From: Felis catus
Lineage: Eukaryota
Reading direction: 5' to 3'
NCBI RefSeq assembly: GCF_018350175.1
Contig: NC_058368.1
Span: forward strand, 3,658,001-3,722,000
DNA length: 64,000 nt
Both the position numbers and the translations under genes were made by a program. How positions within the stretch are numbered: the stretch's first letter is position 1; every line of letters begins with the position of its first letter. This document shows, in pieces, positions 61,655-64,000 of this stretch. The notes under the pieces are model-generated. The model had not been told where the DNA came from. It ran no database searches and was given only the letters and a program-made list of their open reading frames with translations.

Positions 61655-62030
61655 TATACATACAGGAATATTATTGGGTCACAAAAAATTTAAATAATGA
61701 TACATGCTCCCATGTGGATGAGGTTTGGAAACAATTTGCTAAATGAAAGAAGGCAATAGTAGAACACATGTTATATGGTTCAATCGATACGAAATTTCCA
61801 GAAGAGGAAAATATAGAGACAGAAAATCATTGCCTAGGGCTGCAGTGGAGAAGGAGGATCGGGCTGGAAGCTGAAGGCTAACAAGTTTGTGTTTGTGAAT
61901 GAAAACACTCAAAAGTTGGGTTGATGGTTGACACCTGGGATTGTACATTTTTAAAGCATTGGATTACATATTTGAAAGGGTAACTTATATGGCATGTGAA
62001 TATATTTCAATAAAGCTGTTGCCAAAAAAA
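61655..62030 (+). mobile_element. Old LINE-1 3' end
   Basis: gaaatttccagaagaggaaaatatagagacagaaa...tgtgaatatatttcaataaagctgtt. Confidence 0.8.
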
Positions 62031-62257
62031 ATCGGGTAATCAGGTGGATGTCTAAAAATCTTGTTAATGGAAAATGTGTGTTTTCTTGAGTTTGACATTT
62101 TCTTTTTGTCTTTGTTTTTCTGGAGTTTTGTTATGACGTACCAAGACGTGACTCATTTTGTACTTAACACACTGTTTGTAGACCTTTTTTAGTCCATGGC
62201 TGGTTGGCCTTCAGTTTTATACAATTCTCAGACATAATAGCTTCAAATATCATTTCT

Positions 62258-62477
62258 TTTTTTTAAATTTTTTTAATGTTTATTTATTTTTGACAGAGAG
62301 AGAGACAGAGCATGAGCAGGAGAGGGGCAGAGAGAGAGGGCGACACAAAACCCGAAGCAGGCTCCAGGCTCTGAGCTGTGAGCACAGAGCTCAATGCAGG
62401 GCTCGAACTCACAGGCCGTGAGATCATGACCTGAGCCGAAGTCGGTTGCTCAACTGACCGAGCCACCCAGGCACCCC
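62258..62477 (-). mobile_element. CanSINE (SINEC_Fc)
   Basis: Consensus body. Confidence 0.95.
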
Positions 62478-62571
62478 TATTGTCTCTATTCAAGTATTTC
62501 TTTCACTTCTGGACATATTTTGAACTTCCTCACTGTATTCTACAGGTCATTTACTCTGCCCTAGGTATTTC

Positions 62572-62635
62572 CCTATCTATCTATCTATCTATCATCTATA
62601 TCACTTATCAACCTATCTACATTTCTCATCTATCT
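62572..62635 (+). repeat. (TATC)n microsatellite, degenerate
   Basis: ctatctatctatctatctatcatctat. Confidence 0.85.
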
Positions 62636-63723
62636 AAACTACTCTTAACTGTCAAATGAGTTCTTAATTTATTTTATCCTTCAAAGTTTACACTCTAATT
62701 CATATTTTACTTTTTAGAATTTACAGTTCTCTGAGAGAATTGACCTGGGCCTCTTCCAGGGACTGGAGTTGTGGCGACGTAGGATCCCTTGTCAGGCGTG
62801 GTGACCCACGTGAAGCAGGGGTGCAGCTCCCATGAGGACTGCTTTACCCTGTTACTTTTATTTGTAAGGTGCAATTCTCAGCATCTCCATCCAAAAGCCT
62901 GGAGGTTTCGGCAGGGTCCCCGGTCATCATATTGGCGGACTCGGGCTTCCAGTTTCAGCCTCCCGCCCCAGCCCCAAGAATTGTCTAAAGCACTGGTGGT
63001 CTTTCATCTGTATATTTCCGTAATTGGCAATCAGCAAATAACCCCTGAGAGACAGGGACCCCTTTTCTGAACGTCTTTCTTCTCTCAAACTTTGGCAGGT
63101 AGTTTTTCGATATAGGTTAAGCTATCTCGTGCCTTCAAATAAGCTGCCCTCCACCCCTTCCACACACACACAGCTTGTCTGCTTCTCTCAACAGACTCAG
63201 GTATTCTGAATCTCATTGTGTACCGTTATGGATTCCCTTTCTACTTACTAAAGAACAAGTTGTGCCCACAACTTCCAGATAAATTTTTGATATCTTTCTG
63301 GTATTTCCTTAATGTCGCTCTATCAGCGTGATAGGATTTCCTCTTTCTGTGGCCTGACAATTGCCTCATCAAAGATTAAGCTCTTTCTAGGTGATTGGAG
63401 AGACCCTGAGTTGATTTTTAGCTAGAACTGGCGAATGAAAGTGTAGCCCACGTGGTTTTCCGCAACCAGTGCTCCCCGCTATGGTCGTCCCCACCTAGTG
63501 TCCATTGTCCATCTCAGGACTCGTGATGCCGCTCTTTGCCTCGTCGGCCACTTAAATGTGCTGCTTTCCTGGGAGTTGTCCTGCACAGATCCAGAGGACC
63601 GCTTGATGTTCCCAGTGCTATTGGACCCTCGCATCCCTTACCTGGTTCCATGGGTGTTTCTATGGGAAAAATAAACGCATCGAAGCCACCAAGCTAAAAG
63701 TACAATCTAAAAGCCCGGTCTTC

Positions 63724-63952
63724 GGGACGCCTGGGTGGCTCAGTCTGTTAAGCTGCCGACTTCGGCTCAGGTCATGATCTCACGGTCCATGAGTTCGAGC
63801 CCCGCGTCGGGCTCTGTGCTGACAGCTCAGAGCCGGGAGCCTGTTTCAGATTCTGTGTCTCCCTCTCTCTCTCTGACCCTCCCCCGTTCATCCTCTGTCT
63901 CTCTCTCTCTGTCTCAAAAGTAAATAAACGTTAAAAAAAAATTACAAAAAAT
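63724..63952 (+). mobile_element. Very young CanSINE (SINEC_Fc)
   Basis: CpG-rich near-consensus; perfect 17-bp TSD taaaagcccggtcttcg at 63708-63724 and 63952-63968. Confidence 0.97.
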
Positions 63953-64000
63953 AAAAGCCCGGTCTTCGTTATTATAAATTTACTCTTCAATCTAACAAAA

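Noticed and set aside
63485..63505. CTCF-like motifs (ccccacctagtgtcca here; also ~7485-7502 and ~55540-55553)
   Set aside because: Each has mismatches at core positions; not supportable without a PWM scan or ChIP data.
1..64000. CRISPR arrays, operons or other prokaryotic or viral multi-gene systems
   Set aside because: Sequence is mammalian and repeat-dominated; the recurring ~200-bp repeats are dispersed SINEs, not regularly spaced arrays, and no long non-TE ORF exists.

Overview
Mammalian nuclear DNA from a felid or feliform carnivore, judged from about 33 tRNA-derived CanSINEs of the SINEC_Fc type and carnivore-type LINE-1. It reads as intergenic or deep-intronic, and is dominated by layered transposon remains: young and old L1, CanSINEs, a MER34-like solo LTR, an ERVL remnant, Tigger1, MER5 and MIRs. 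I can support no intact protein-coding gene or RNA gene. The only ORFs I recognise are L1, SINE or Tigger remnants; the others are short and match nothing I know. The most notable items are: (1) a TSD-flanked retrocopy of only the 3'UTR of SET at 18.8-19.7 kb; (2) an L1 with a ~105-bp 3' transduction at 29.4-31.3 kb; (3) a 32-nt tailless SINE head with a perfect 15-bp duplication at 14.7 kb; (4) perfect nuclear-receptor elements, an IR1/FXRE inside a probable MITE at 35.15 kb and a DR4 at 0.84 kb; (5) a SINE/inverted-L1 composite at 48 kb. I see no evidence of a novel multi-gene system. Repeat family names come from recall, not a database search, and most repeat boundaries are approximate.
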